Source: Takakia lepidozioides
Taxonomy: Eukaryota; Plantae; Bryophyta
Assembly (NCBI GenBank): GCA_030704615.1
Contig: CM060731.1
Coordinates: 10,974,001 to 11,038,000 of the forward strand
Direction of reading: 5' to 3'
Length of the DNA: 64,000 nucleotides
Shown here: positions 23,703 to 36,885 of the stretch, in pieces
Layout: each line of letters opens with the position of its first letter
How positions within the stretch are numbered: the first letter of the stretch is position 1
The notes under the pieces: generated by a model
The model's input: the letters and a program-made list of their open reading frames with translations, nothing else
Databases searched by the model: none
Told to the model about the DNA's origin: nothing
Translations under genes and position numbers: made by a program

Positions 23703-26700
23703 AACAGGACTGGAGATATCTGATTTGTAGGATAGAGGGACAGAAAACAACTCGGGACAGGCCAAAACATTACACTACTAAAAAATGAAGTGCAGGCCGG
23801 GTACGGCAGACCTACCTGCGTGATGGTAGGCAATGTGAACACAGAGCTACGCTGCACACTACAAGTATATCATTCAATTTTTGGCGGTTTCCATTGTCTC
23901 ACAGTCGAGATACCTGAGTGAGGTGTGAATCAATAATTAAGTTGGTTGTGTTTGCTCATGCGCCATAACTGAGCGGCGCGGAGCATCGAGAGGGAGGAGG
24001 GCAGGCAGCGGGGCAGGCACGGCGCAGCGAAGCGCGGGCAGCGCAGCCTAGATCCACGGAATACAACGCGCTCGCATGCAACGCAGACGCGAGAGAGGGG
24101 CGCGCAATGAATGCCGCGGCGTGCAGCCGGCGTGGGCGCTGCATATTCCCGCGCCCGCACGGCAGCGCGCCGGACAAGCCCTGCCACCCTCGCCCGCCGC
24201 ACCGCCCCGCCCCACCCGCGCGCCCCGCCGGAGATTTCCCATCACCGCGCTGGCAGTTCCGTACGGGCCAACCCCGGGCGTGTGTCGCCGCCCTGGCGAC
24301 ACGACAGCCCCCACCCTACGATATTGCCAGCGCCGGCACTTTTTCCGCCGGCGGGCGACTGGGGCGTATGACGGCGACAGACGCTTCCCTGACTGCCGAC
24401 CAGTCAAAGCAGAGCGGGGGTGGTTAGTAAATGCGTTAACCATGGTTAATGCCTCGAGCGCGGCACGACGGCGACGCTATGATGGCGCCGTCTTATGACC
24501 CCGTATCATGGCCCCGACTTAAGCCTTACGCCTGCCCCTCTTCTTTATTTCCTTAGCCGTAAGGCTGCCCCTTTTGTTTATTTTCTCTGCCCGCACGGAC
24601 CGTCACAGCCTACCTTTACGCAACTAATGCTGACCCAGTTTTTTCTCCGGGTCGGTTCTCCGTGTTCGTTTCTGCGTTCCCATGTGCGTACCGGGGAATG
24701 TTACGCAAGCGGGCTTCATTCGTCCATTTGTTAGGCGTTTGATTTTTTGGTGTTGGTCCAATGGCATTGTCCACATCGCTTGCGACGATGATAATGGCAA
24801 CAATTTTTGTCTCTGGCTTGGTCCCATCGGAAGAGATGCTAGTAAACATTATGAGACATCATTGTTGTAGGTCCGTGTAGGGCTCGCATCCGGCAACGAC
24901 CACACCTCTTGACCCTATAGCAAACAATCGCAATAGAAGCTTCTTCCCCACCTTTATGCGCTACAGCTCCGCACTACGACTTCCTCCGCTACTAGACAGC
25001 AGAAAGGCCCAGCATTTGTGGTCAATGGAACAAACAAAGAAAGATAGTTGGAGTGGAATAGTAACTCCGGAGTTCCATACCATGGTCCCACTCAAGAGAA
25101 GGCAAGGGCGTGGGGCCAAAAAACGACGCCCTCGTCCACACTTCATCTTTGTCGCCCATCTTATAGGCTATTTCTCTTGTCATGTTCAAGAGTCTTCGTC
25201 TCTGGACTCTTGTTTTCTTGGGTTGATACAAAGTTGTAATGCAGACTCCAACCGAATATGGCATCTTTGACCCGGGTGTAGCCACAGAGAGGCAATTTGT
25301 GCACTTGCTTGTGCCCGACGTTCATCATTCATGAGAATGTTTTCTCGAGTCTTACTCTGGTTTCCGGAAAATGTAATGTCCTTCAACAGATGACTGTCAA
25401 AGCACAGATAATTTTAACAGTTCATCATAGCAGAACACCCCCTCCCGTGGACTGGCTGCATACAAATCAGACCCATAGTTTTACAAAAAGAGAAAAACCG
25501 AACCTCTTTACGAGGCACGGAAGGGGAAGAATGTGAAAGTAAGATGCAAGATATGAACCCGGCACCACCCCCTGGTTGGCACTGGGGGTTGAGCTTACTT
25601 GGTTGGGCATCTTCCCTATCGGCCTGAGGTGTAAAGGTTTAGCGGCCAGCATGGATTGTCCAATACCAGCGTTGTAGGGGTGTGTAGCAGAAATAAGTTG
25701 GAAACAGTCAAACATCTGCCGAACATCTGCCGAAATATTCTAACAACGCAACCCCCAAAATAATTTTGGATGGTATGCCGGAGTATAAAATGATAATATC
25801 CGGCAAGCAGGTGGGCAGCACCTTCAGAATTTCATCTATATCGTAACATCAGTTTGAACGCTGATTGATTCCACTTTGTGGTCTTACACCACCACCGTTC
25901 CCTCACTTCATCACCGGAACCTCCATCGGCGCTACGAACTTCCCTCCCTCGTCATTCATCCGTCACCCCAACGAGAACTGTCGGGACTAGCCCGCTTCGT
26001 ACAGGACAGTCACCGTCGCCTCGCCCACCCCGGTCGGGAAAGCATCCGGGGTTGAAGTTTAACCCCGGTCACCGGGAGGCCCCGTCGCCGGCCCCCGGCA
26101 AACCGAAGTGTGTACCCGTTCCGTAGGCCCGGCGTCCTGCGCCCCCGGCCCCCTCCGCCGACATTTGGTCGCCGCTTTGACTGCTGCCTCGCTTGCCGGA
26201 ACCCTCCTCCACCCCGACATCCTGCCCTGCCGCGTGGCGCCCCTGTACGGCTTCCGTGTCCTTTTTCATCTCTTTTAACTCTTAACCTAAGTTGGATTTT
26301 TGTAGTGTAGCACCTCTTTCACGCCACAATTATGCTGTTCCTATCACAAATCTCCTTCTACTTACCAAAACGGGGTCTATGCGGGTTTGAGCCCAGAACC
26401 GCCGAGTCCGTGGCTAGCCACTGAGATACCGTCATGTGAGATTAGGACAGCAAGGCATCGAGTTACAAATATAGGCAGGTACCTACCGCGCCGTGAATTG
26501 CATGTCCAATACGCCGCCCAGGCCCCCACCGTGGCGACCGGTCAGCGCTGCGCTCATGCACGGCCTGATCCCCGGCGGCGTGCAAGGCCGGGCACCCTGC
26601 CTGCCCCTCAAACAATTCCCTTCCGTTGGATGCAGTTCGGGGCGCCTGCCCGCCGTCAGATGGCGAGAATCCGGTGAAGAGCAATTTATAGGCAGCCGCT

Positions 26701-27186
26701 GCAGCAACTGTCCTTATTCCCAACCGGTTTCGCCACATTCTTTCTCGCCGTGGCGAAACTGGCGAACCTCCCCGGCGACCTTCGGCGATTGGTGGCGAAA
26801 CCCGCCGTGGCCGTACGGAAGGCCACCGGCGGCGGGAATTGTGAGAAGGACCGAGAGGGGCGGGCGGTCGGCGACAGTGCCGGCGCACGCCCCGCGCAGG
26901 CCCGCGTTGCGTGCGGGGCCGACCTTGTCACGCCGCCGGCTCCCTCACGTGGTCCTTTACCCGCTGGTCCTCGCTCTTCTCTTTACCCATCAGTCCCCCC
27001 CTCGCTATTACTCCATCTGCATAAGCAAATACTGCCCCTTCCTTCCTTCCTTTCTTTCCACCGTCCGACGTACCGATACCCGTATCACAGTGTATTATAC
27101 ACTATTACGTACATATTCACATACGTACCTACGTACTCTGGTGCGTACGCATCCCGTATTGGTCCTGTACGGTGAGAAGCCGCGAC

Positions 27187-27232
27187 GGTAGGTAGGTAGG
27201 TAGATAGGTAGGTAGGCAGATAGGTAGGTAGG
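27187..27232. repeat. (GGTA)n microsatellite within a TAC/GTA-rich low-complexity tract
   Basis: GGTAGGTAGGTAGGTAGATAGGTAGGTAGG read directly. Confidence 0.8.
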
Positions 27233-28073
27233 CTCATGTCTGCTGAAGCGAGACAAATACGTGTACTCTACAAATACACAGGGTGTATTATATAGGTGGT
27301 GGTACAGTTAGGTACAGCGTAGGTACCCAGGTACGTAGGTAGGTGTGGTGTATGATATGGTACATACGTGGGGAAGGCAGGTAGGTGGATGAAAGAAAGT
27401 AGAAAGATGTCCCCCTCGGATGGCAAAGGTCGACTCCACTGCCAAGGGTTGGTTAAGCGTAACCAAAGTAGTTAGGTCTACTACCCATGGTCGGTTAGGG
27501 TTGCCCCCTAGGGTAATGGGATCCGGCACCGTTAGTCACATGGATGGAAGTGCAAGGCGGTACGAGTAGGGTTAGGTGATGGGCGCAAGCAAATGTGGGG
27601 GGGCATGCTGGGGGTAAGTGGAGGTGAATGAATGAGGGAATGATGGGCTTGAAGGGAAAAGGGTCGAGGCAAGGCAGAAGCTTGTGGGGGATGGAGGAGG
27701 GCGAGCAAGGACATGATGAGCAGGAGGTGGCAGGCACAGTCCCCAGGGACAGACAGGACGTGAAGCCGGCCTGCACACTCAAGCCATGGCTGCCAACATG
27801 ATGCCTTGTTACACCACCCACCATGCCTGCTCTGCTCTGGTGTGCAGTGTGCAACCCCATATTCAATGTCTTCCTCCACCACCACTTATCATCCCATATA
27901 AGTTATCACTGTTTGCAATCATCAATGTAACAGAATGCATATTTTTGCATACCATCCAAACCACATTGTCATTGCAAGCAGCATTTCACTTTGTGGAAAA
28001 TAAGAATCCAGAAGAGTGCAGCTCTCACATTCCTCTATCTTTGGTTGTCTATGCATGTTGTTGTTGTTGTTCT

Positions 28074-28265
28074 CACCTCCAGATTGAACAACTAGTTGAA
28101 CATCATGTGGAATAAGTTTGCTTTTTAAGCCAGTTAGTCATCAGGAAGTGGTCCAGAAACCAGTTCATTATATGACAGTTCACCTCCAGATTGAAGAACT
28201 AGTTGAACATTGTGGTAATAACTTTGTTTTTTGAGCCAGTTAGTCATCAGGAAGTGGTCCAGAAA
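28074..28265. repeat. Tandem duplication, period about 107 bp
   Basis: CACCTCCAGATTGAA...AGCCAGTTAGTCATCAGGAAGTGGTCCAGAAA at 28074 and 28181. Confidence 0.8.
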
Positions 28266-29040
28266 GTTAGCCTCGTCGATCCAAGAGGAGAACCTAGTGT
28301 TGTACACAGGAAGATGGTTCAATGCATATGGTTTGTTAGCAAAATTTCAGCAGTTGGATAGAAGTACATCAATCTTCACCCTCAACAAGGATTACAGTGG
28401 ATGCTTCAATGTTTCATGTGGAAGACAGCCATCATCTACAAAGACTTTACGGACCCTTCTCACATGCCTGACTAATTCATTCGTCTGTGGAATCAATGCA
28501 GTTAAACAAGCTGGTTCACGATGAATGATCTAAGGTCGCATACTTCCAAAATTTCCTGGGTATCTGTAACTCCCATTTGATGAGAATTTTCCCTCACAAT
28601 TCACATCCATCTTGCACATTAGACACCTTGTAGGACCTTATACATGATGGCCACCACAGATATGACAGAATCTCCTAAATTTGTTGCAAGTTCTTGTATA
28701 TTTTGTGGTCAGGTTTTCTGCCAGTCATAAGAGACTATTCACTTTAACATCAAGAACACAGGCCAAAACCCTACGTGCTTTAGTTCATCCCAGGGAATAC
28801 TGCCTAATGTTGGAAGATGAGCAGTTTTTAATCATCCATTTCCAGCAAGCTGCGTCCTGCCTGTAGCTGGGTTGCTACCCACAGTATAACCCATCAGTAA
28901 GAAACTCTGCAGGATCAATTAGGTCTTCTGCTTGGCAAAAAGCAGGCATTACGTCTCTACACTGCAACGCAGTATATAGCTCTTTCAAGGGGTGGAAACA
29001 ACGATCTACCACCATACGAAAGAGAACAGCTGAGAGGGTG

Positions 29041-32000
29041 TTAGTGCTTGCGAGCAACACGTCGCTCATTGGGATTCCGCCGGCCACCGAAAATTGCAGC
29101 AGCATGTCTCACTTGAGAGCCCTTTCCCATTGTCTGGATGCCAGCATGCTTGAACACTGTATCCATCGAAGTGAACCCATCTGAAGCCTGCCACACCAAT
29201 TGAAACCACAACGTAGAATCAGACTGCAAGTATCACACGATGACATCCACCCAATCTATTTTTCCACGGCTATATAATTCTGCAAGAATTGGTTGAATAC
29301 AGAACTCCTGTCATGACTGGCTGATTCCAACTCAATACGAAACAAGCTCAATCCAAAATAAATGGGAACAACAGGAATCACATGTGAAAAAAGGCACCAG
29401 ACATATGACCATCAAAGAGAGACAGTCTGAACAGATTGGATTTTTGTCAAGGTCACATGACATTCAACCTACGGCGCAATTCAGACATAGATGGTACGAA
29501 TGAGTACTTCCAAAAACCACCAGTTCACTGCCGATGCACTACCACTCAAAAGTGTTAGTCTTCTACTTCAGCACACAATTCAGAAGAAGAGTGCCAAACT
29601 CACTGTGGCAGATGCTTTCTTTGCTTTTGGATGCAGTAGTTTATGGGGCAGTTGATCTTCACGAAGTATCGGGTTCTGGTTGGCTCCATCCCTTCCTCCC
29701 TTTGGCATTGGTAATGAATACTGCATCCATATTCACATCCATCACATTAGATTGTCTCGGAAAGAAGATATTTTAGAGCACCCTGTCATTAACAAGAACA
29801 AGAGAGGCGAAACAAAAATCAAAATAACAGGGAATTTGAACAAACTTGATACTCATGAAAAATAAATCAAACAAGCTCAATCCTACTCTCCTGCAAGTCA
29901 CATACACCCTGGATGGGGTACTGGAGGCAAAGGGGCATACACGAGTGCCACGGAGGCTGATGCGCCGAATTCGTCCAGCATGAAGGCTTCCATTGGCTCC
30001 AACAGTGACAGACACCTTGAACAAAGTGCCCCCATTACCACACTTAGGGCAAAAGATGCGGCCAACCTCTGGGGTGACCTTCCCACATGCTGTACATTTC
30101 AGCACCCACCTGCACAATACATATGTACTGTTCAGTGAGTGAAGAAACAAAGAGTGACATTACGTCCTCATTTTAATCTTCCCAAAAATATGATGCTTCG
30201 TACAGTTTTCCATGAAGCAAGTTCAATCAAGGGGATACAGTGTTGGCAGCCTTCTGAACACAACGACATTTCAAGGGACACAGAACCACTGCTAGAAGGA
30301 GCTGCACGCACCGGTGAAGCTCACGCACATGGACCCCTGAAGGTGACAGCAATCGCAAGCCCATTTGCAGGATGACATTCTGCATTGCAAAATCACCCGT
30401 CACACATGCAACAGAGGATTGACATGAAGGACGACTGGACCACATATGTTCACTCTCTGTCTGGATTGATGCTGTCGTGTCCCCAGCAGTGCTTGTGGCA
30501 TAATCACCCGCATCCGTGCCCACAATCCTCTCTTCTCCGTCCTCATCTGATACCCCTGCAGTTTTCCTCTCACAGTTAGACCTCTCCTCGTAAACATAGA
30601 ATCTGGTACAACTATTGAGTTTCCTAGCTCGGGCTCTTATACAGCATACCTCACATGCTACAGCTGGTTGTCCCATTTGACTACACCTACATATCAAAAG
30701 AAACTTGAACAACTTTTGAGCGCCATATACTACAAACCACAAGAAGATCTGGAAATATTAATCCCAGAGACTAGACACTGTTGGATGATTGACACACTCA
30801 CACCCATTCTTCTCATAACCCGGCAATGTAGGTAATACCAGCCACCTAACCCTCACCTCTGTCTTCATGCTCTGCTACTGCTGCAGTGAATGCTCTTTCC
30901 TCCTCATCGCTTTCATTCTCACCACCAAACCTTGCCTCTTCCTCCCTAAGCAGCTCAGCACCTTGACTGGCTTTGGCAAGGCCTTCCTTCCCCTCTTCTC
31001 TCAGTGCACCAAGACCCTCGCTGAGTACAGGGCCCTCTTCCCACTCTTCTTTGGAAAGCTCTGGGGCCTCTCCTTCTCCCTCCTCCATCAGTGCCGGAGC
31101 ACCCTCGCTGATCATGGTGATGCAATCCTTCAGCTCGTCTTCCTCAACAAGAGGAGGCATATCACCACGTTCATCAACGAAACCTGATTGAGCCTCACTG
31201 CGCCCAACATTAGCAGCTCCTAAATCCGTTTCTCCCCTACCACCGACTTCTGTATCTAAAACCCCCGCAACAGATTCCAAATTTGCTGCACGGACTGCTC
31301 GTTTTGCTTCACGCTTCAGAAATTGCCTACGTGTGGACCTACTCACCGCCCTCTCCCATTTTGTGCCATCCTCTCCCTCTATATCATCACCCTTTGATGC
31401 ATCCAATCCAATGGCCACCATCACCTTTCCTTCAAGATTGAGTTGTGGCTGTTTCTTGTGTGAAGCTGCTGGTTTCTCTTGCATTGGCTTTTGTGCACTC
31501 CCCCAAGATCCTCCTTGTGGCTGGGATTGCCCTTCTTTAGGTCCTACCCCTGAGGAACCTGAGAGATCCCGATCAACTGGAAACTCATCCAGATTCAGAT
31601 ACTTCAATCCGAGGATGTGAGATTGGTCCTTTGAGTCCAACCTGCCATGGCCAACCACACCAATTTTGTGACCATCACTTTCTTCATCAGGAAGCTCCTC
31701 CCACTCCTTCATATTCGAGACATTGGTACCCCAACCTGGAGGTTCTCGCTGTTGCCGCGGCTGGACAGGGGTGACCTGCAACATGTAAACTTGACCTCAG
31801 GACAGCATCCAGCTGAAGTTTCAGGACAGCATATTAAACTCTAATGATACACCATACCAAGATCATTCCATGGAATTGTTTGACACTACAAATCTCCATA
31901 ATAGACAAAGCAACCTGCCTTGCAGGTCATCTAGTCTTATTTGAGGTCTCTTCGCAGCATAGGTAGTGCAATGATCCAGCAAAAGCAACGCATTATTATT

Positions 32001-33373
32001 TGAAGCTGATCCAAGCCTATTTTTGCAGCACCAATTTCATTTTCAGGGATTTCCATGTTGCTTGCACGGAAAAAGAAAAGGGGGGGTCTGCTGGGGACAT
32101 CAGATGCCTTCCTAGCCATTCAGGCTGTGGACAAGCGAACTTGGATTGACTTGCTCAAATTTTGCAACTGAGCATCAACATTGTTGAACAATATGATTCT
32201 CATATCCACAACCTTCATCACTTTTTAACCACAAGCAAGAGACACCCACATTCATTCAGATTATAAAAGATGCAAGTGAAATCGAGGAGAACAAGACACA
32301 CTAACCTGGAGTGGGGGAGGCCGCAAACGCAAATGGGCAGTACCATGGGCCCGAGACTCCAAAGTGTAGGCTAGTGCTAGAAGCTTAACATCCACTTCCG
32401 ACAACGACTGCAAATCTCCAGTGGCACGAGCGAACTGCACCACTGTCATCCAGAAGAAATAAAAGTTAATCAAGTTCATTGTCACTTTGGAGCTTCCAAA
32501 GCTTGCAAATGGAATGGGTCTAGTTCAATAGAAATATTGCCAACAAGGAAACAAAACTTGCAGCTGGAAGTTCTAGTCTATGGTTGCAGGGCGTCAGCAT
32601 GTCCCTCTCGCCCCCTCTCTCTCTCTCTCACAGCATATGCCCCATTCTTGGCCTACAGCAGCATCGCAAGGTTCAGGATCAGGGTAATGCTAATGTTAAG
32701 ACTCAATTCGTATTACTGTACAGTTATAGCCCTAGGTTGGAACCATAGCAATTTTTCGCTGATTTGCATAAGCTAGTAAGTAAAAATCCTGCCAGCAATT
32801 CTGGGAGGGAAAGCATCATGCGGAGACTATGCCCTCAAGGTATGTCAGACATGACAATGTGTGGGACTGTTGATCTCTCTTTCTGTCTCACCCATACACA
32901 CTCCCTCCTTGAATACCTCCCGGTTATATCTGGTAACCTCATCCAGTCAACAGAATGACTGAAACACTGGAGACAGCAATTTTACCAAAGTGTTCTTCAA
33001 GTCGATTATCAATCTGCCACATCTAGCTAAAGAGTAAGAGTCCATCACAGATTAGTGCAGTACCTTTAGTGATAGCTTCTTGATCGGGCTCCAGGCATTC
33101 TAGGGTAAGAGGGAGAGATGCCAGCTGCATGCGGGAAAGGGGGTCTCGAATCTCGTCCAAGACCTCCCGCAGGGTAAAAAACTGATCAGCAATTCCCAGC
33201 AAAGCGTGCGAACCTCCTCCAATGAGGGCATTGGCGTCCACCACCAGCGTGCCCAGCCCGCTTCGCGACTTCACGGCATTTGTAACGACCCGCGGAGGCA
33301 CTGCTTGCGCGTCCTTCCGCGCAACGGCCGACCACGCCTCAAGCGCAGCAGGGGCCTCGTTCGCATCCGCCAT
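29041..33373 (-). CDS. NOB1: RNA-binding protein NOB1 (PIN-domain endonuclease for 18S rRNA site D cleavage)
   Basis: Exons 33373-33064, 32442-32306, 31775-30851, 30555-30312, 30109-29941, 29720-29604, 29187-29041. Motifs LVVDANALI, EVLDEIRD, FARATGDLQSLSEVDVKLLALAYTLE, VACVTGDFAMQNVILQMGL, zinc ribbon CTAC...FCPKCGN, YSLPMPKGGR...ILREDQLP, GRRNPNE. Confidence 0.95.
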
Positions 33374-33563
33374 AGCTGCTACACATGCAAACCAGACAGA
33401 AACTTGAGGGGGCAAGCCCTAACCTAAATGAGACAACCCTAAGGTGCAAACCCTTACACAGGGTTTTAGATCCAAATATAACTGTATATTATTTTGGTTC
33501 CTTTGAGGCCAGAAATTTCTGGTAATTAGGGGTAATTTTATTACGCCTCTCATTTTTTAATAA

Positions 33564-34162
33564 TAGGGTCATGAATGCACGGGCGGGCCCCGCCAGTACG
33601 ACCCTTGGGGTGAGCTCATAAGCCCACCGCCCATTCGGCGGGTCGGCGAGATTCTGAAATTTTTCCAAGTCCTTGTTCATCTGTCATGGCGGACCTTCTA
33701 GCGGACTAGGCAGACCCTCCAACAGACCGACTCCAACCTTCTAGCGGGCGGGCGGGCAGGCGGGCCGGCAGGCAGACCCTCCAGTAGACCGACGAGCGGA
33801 CTGGCACCCCTCTAGCGGACCTCCAAACCCTTCGACAAAATACATATTTAATAACATGCATTACTGCCCTAGTACATCTTGACAAGATTTGAACACCAAA
33901 CCTCGTGTTTATCATTCATTGCTCTTGACCACAACACTACCCGCTTAATGCAAACCCTTGCAATAACTAATGCTTTATGTGCATATTGTGGGCCCAGCAG
34001 ACTAGCTCATGTGTTTTGTGGGCCCAAGCAGACCAGCTCTCCGGGTAGACCTAGTAGACTGGTGGGGATTGGCAGGGTCTTAGGGGGCGCTCCCACCCTC
34101 CATGACCCCCTTACCACACGCGGGCCCCGCCGCAGCCACACTCGCGGCCATTCATGACCCTA
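33564..34162. mobile_element. MITE (about 600 bp) 190 bp upstream of the NOB1 start codon
   Basis: Perfect TIRs TAGGGTCATGAATG / CATTCATGACCCTA; internal repeats of GACC...CTAGCGG and GGGCCC. No 8-bp TSD recognisable, so superfamily unresolved. Confidence 0.75.
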
Positions 34163-34193
34163 TTATTGTTGAATGAGAAGCTTTTATTATTAA

Positions 34194-34432
34194 CCTAGGA
34201 GAGGCTCACAAAGCCTGAAAGGTACAAATTATGAATAGAGAATCTTCCAAAGATTACTGTAAGTTATTAGCAATTTTATTAGTAAGTCCATCTAGGAGAG
34301 GCTAAAAAAGGTACAAATTGTTAGTAGTTATTGTTAATCTTACTAATAAATCCACCTAGGGGAGCCTAAAAAAGGTACAAATTGTTAGTAGTTATTGTTA
34401 ATCTTACTAGTAAGACCACCTAGGGAAGCCTC
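34194..34432. repeat. Short tandem repeat, unit about 64 bp, 3-4 copies
   Basis: CTAGG..AG.CTAAAAAAGGTACAAATTGTTAGTAGTTATTGTTAATCTTACTA recurs. Confidence 0.8.
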
Positions 34433-35364
34433 ACCGAGGCCAGCTGCCCTTCTTTGTGTTTCAAGCCTTAAACCTCCTGGCTCTTCGTCTTTGTTTCTTG
34501 TGCGTGCTCCAGCCTCCTTTCTTAGGTTTTTTTTTTTTTTTTTTTTTTGACAAAGTTGTTGAGTAGACGGATATTTGGCTTGGATCCATTTTGGATAATG
34601 TGGGCATGCACTTTCTTTCCCGTTTCTAGGTCTTTACTCTTGATACACCCTTGTAAAATGCATAATTAAGTACTGGAGTCTAACTGGCGGCCAAAATAAA
34701 TAGTTGGTTCAAAACGTGCAGTGCCTGTTTGACTTGTTCTCCCTTACACCGTGTACCCACAGCCACAGCAGTGCCAGAAAAATTCTTCTTGAGCCCCTCT
34801 CTTGATCCTGTTTCAAAAGCATTTGTTATGGAGGAGGTGTCATATTCAAACAACTGCACCTAACCCTATTTTAAGTAATTCCGGACTTTTGGCTTAAATC
34901 CAGACCAAACTTAATATATAACATAATTAAAATTAATTCAGGTATTAAATAATAATATCGTGGAAAATTGAGTCTTTTAACTTGTGAAGTTGCACAATCC
35001 CATTCATGTAACATCGAATGGTAAGACGAATGACGTACTTTGCATCAGAAAATTACAAAAATAAGATGGATTGAATGAAATTATTAATAAATTGATAGAT
35101 GTATGACATAAACAGATAATTCAAGAAGATAATATACAAATGAAAAGTAAACATCCATACCATGCTTAGTAGTACCATGAACCAATGTATTGCAAGTTTT
35201 CAATTGATGGATTAAAACGTTGAATGGAATAAGGTTGGATTTCAATGAAACATGTGAATTATGTTTCAAAATATTTAGGGATCATTCCGATGTTCATATA
35301 ATGACCAAATATTGTGGAAGAGTGTCATGTAGATTCACCTATAAAGTCATTGAACCAAGCTGGA

Positions 35365-36300
35365 ATGAGGTTTTAGGTTATAGAGTTTGCTAGGTACATT
35401 GAAACATAGTACTTGGTATGAATGGAAAAGAAAATATGGGAAAGTGTACTCAAGAGTAATGAAAGATGTATCAAGACTTGGCACCTATGAAAATTTGTCA
35501 TCATGAAAATTTGTTGATGAAATATCCCAACCACAGATTGTATCCAAATTTCTATGAGGAATGTGAATCAAACAGTGGAGCTTGGTTTAGGGTTTAGGGT
35601 TCTAGAAAATTGTAAATGGACAAACAATTATGGAGTTTGAGTCTTTACCCATACGTAGAACAATTCATGAAATATTATCCCCACCACTTCGACCGTACCC
35701 AAAATTGGAAGTAATAAATAAATAAGCATCAAACATTGAAATTAGGTTTTAGAGTATAGAGTTTGCAAAGGTACTAACCATAATACTCGGTATGAATGGA
35801 AAAGAAAATATTGGGAAGGGTACAGATGACTTGTCACCTATGATTTAGGGTTTAGGAAATAAATTTCCCAACCACAAATTGTATCTAATCTATGAAGAAT
35901 GCGCATCAAACAATGGAGTTACGTTTAAGGGCTTAGGGTTTAGAGTTTAGAGAACTATAAATGGACAAACAATTATGGAATATGAGTCTTTACGTGGAGG
36001 TCGTACAACAATTCAAGAAATATCCCCTCCACTTTGACCGCACCCAAAACTGGAAGCAATAAATTAAATACGCATCAGACATTACAATTAGGTTTTAGGG
36101 TACGGAGTTGAGTAGTGTAGTAAACATACTAATGGGTATGAATGGACCAAAAAATCTGGGAAAGTGTACAAGTGACTTGTCACCTAATAAATTAGACTTG
36201 AATGAAATATCCCAAGGGCCATTCTATTATGCCCAACCTTGTAACCCTTGAAAAATGCACATCAAACATTCGAATTAGGTTTAGGGTATATGGTTTAAGG
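35365..36300. repeat. Degenerate AT-rich tandem repeat, unit about 350-375 bp, about 2.6 copies, with TTTAGGG-like motifs
   Basis: AGGTTTTAG...GGTATGAATGGA..A.AAAAT.TGGGAA.GTGTAC at about 35368, 35743, 36090; TTTAGGGTTTAGGG at about 35586 and TTTAGGGTTTAGG at about 35844. Confidence 0.75.
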
Positions 36301-36885
36301 TGAGGACAATGTAAGGACTGAAGGCCCCAGAAGTATTGTCTTTAGAAGATCCTAATAAGATAAACAGACCCAAGATAAATTGACCTGAGATGATACGGAA
36401 TAACGGGTGGCAAAGCAAGGTTCAGGACTGATTAGTGACGAAGAAAATTGAGAAGAATGTCCGAAAAGGCAGTAAAAGAAATGTAACTCTGTACTTGAAG
36501 CCAGACTTACAGAAAGCTATTGACGAGTAATGGGAGAAGATTCACAAGATTCACAAGATTCACAAGCAGTAAACCGCGAGAAAGCTTGTCCATCGAAGCA
36601 ACAACTTTCACAAATTGTCACGCGGTTTATACTTAGGACATTTTTTAGACCAATCATATTAAGCCCAACAATACGACCATGTGGACCGAGAATGAAGGAG
36701 ATGGGCGAATCTGTTGAGGAGAAGACACTTTGGTGAGAACCAGAGAACCAAAAGAAATGGGTGTAATGTGAGAGAGGAACTGCAAAGAGAAGGAAGCAGT
36801 GACATCAGAAAAACTATGAACTCCGGATGATCACTCGAGGTTCCTGAAACGTTACAGAGATGAGGTCCGGAAGAAAATCTGGTGG

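Noticed and set aside
11889-27200. Many 100-240 aa ORFs on both strands in the GC-rich islands
   Set aside because: Arg/Ala/Pro/Gly-rich, overlapping in several frames, no recognisable domain; expected from low stop-codon frequency at high GC.
28134-28322. LRR-like peptide LSYNELVSGPLPDD on the minus strand
   Set aside because: A single short motif within a small duplication, with stops; insufficient to call a gene fragment.
35580-35945. Interstitial telomere
   Set aside because: Only two TTTAGGG units at a time, embedded in a larger tandem repeat.
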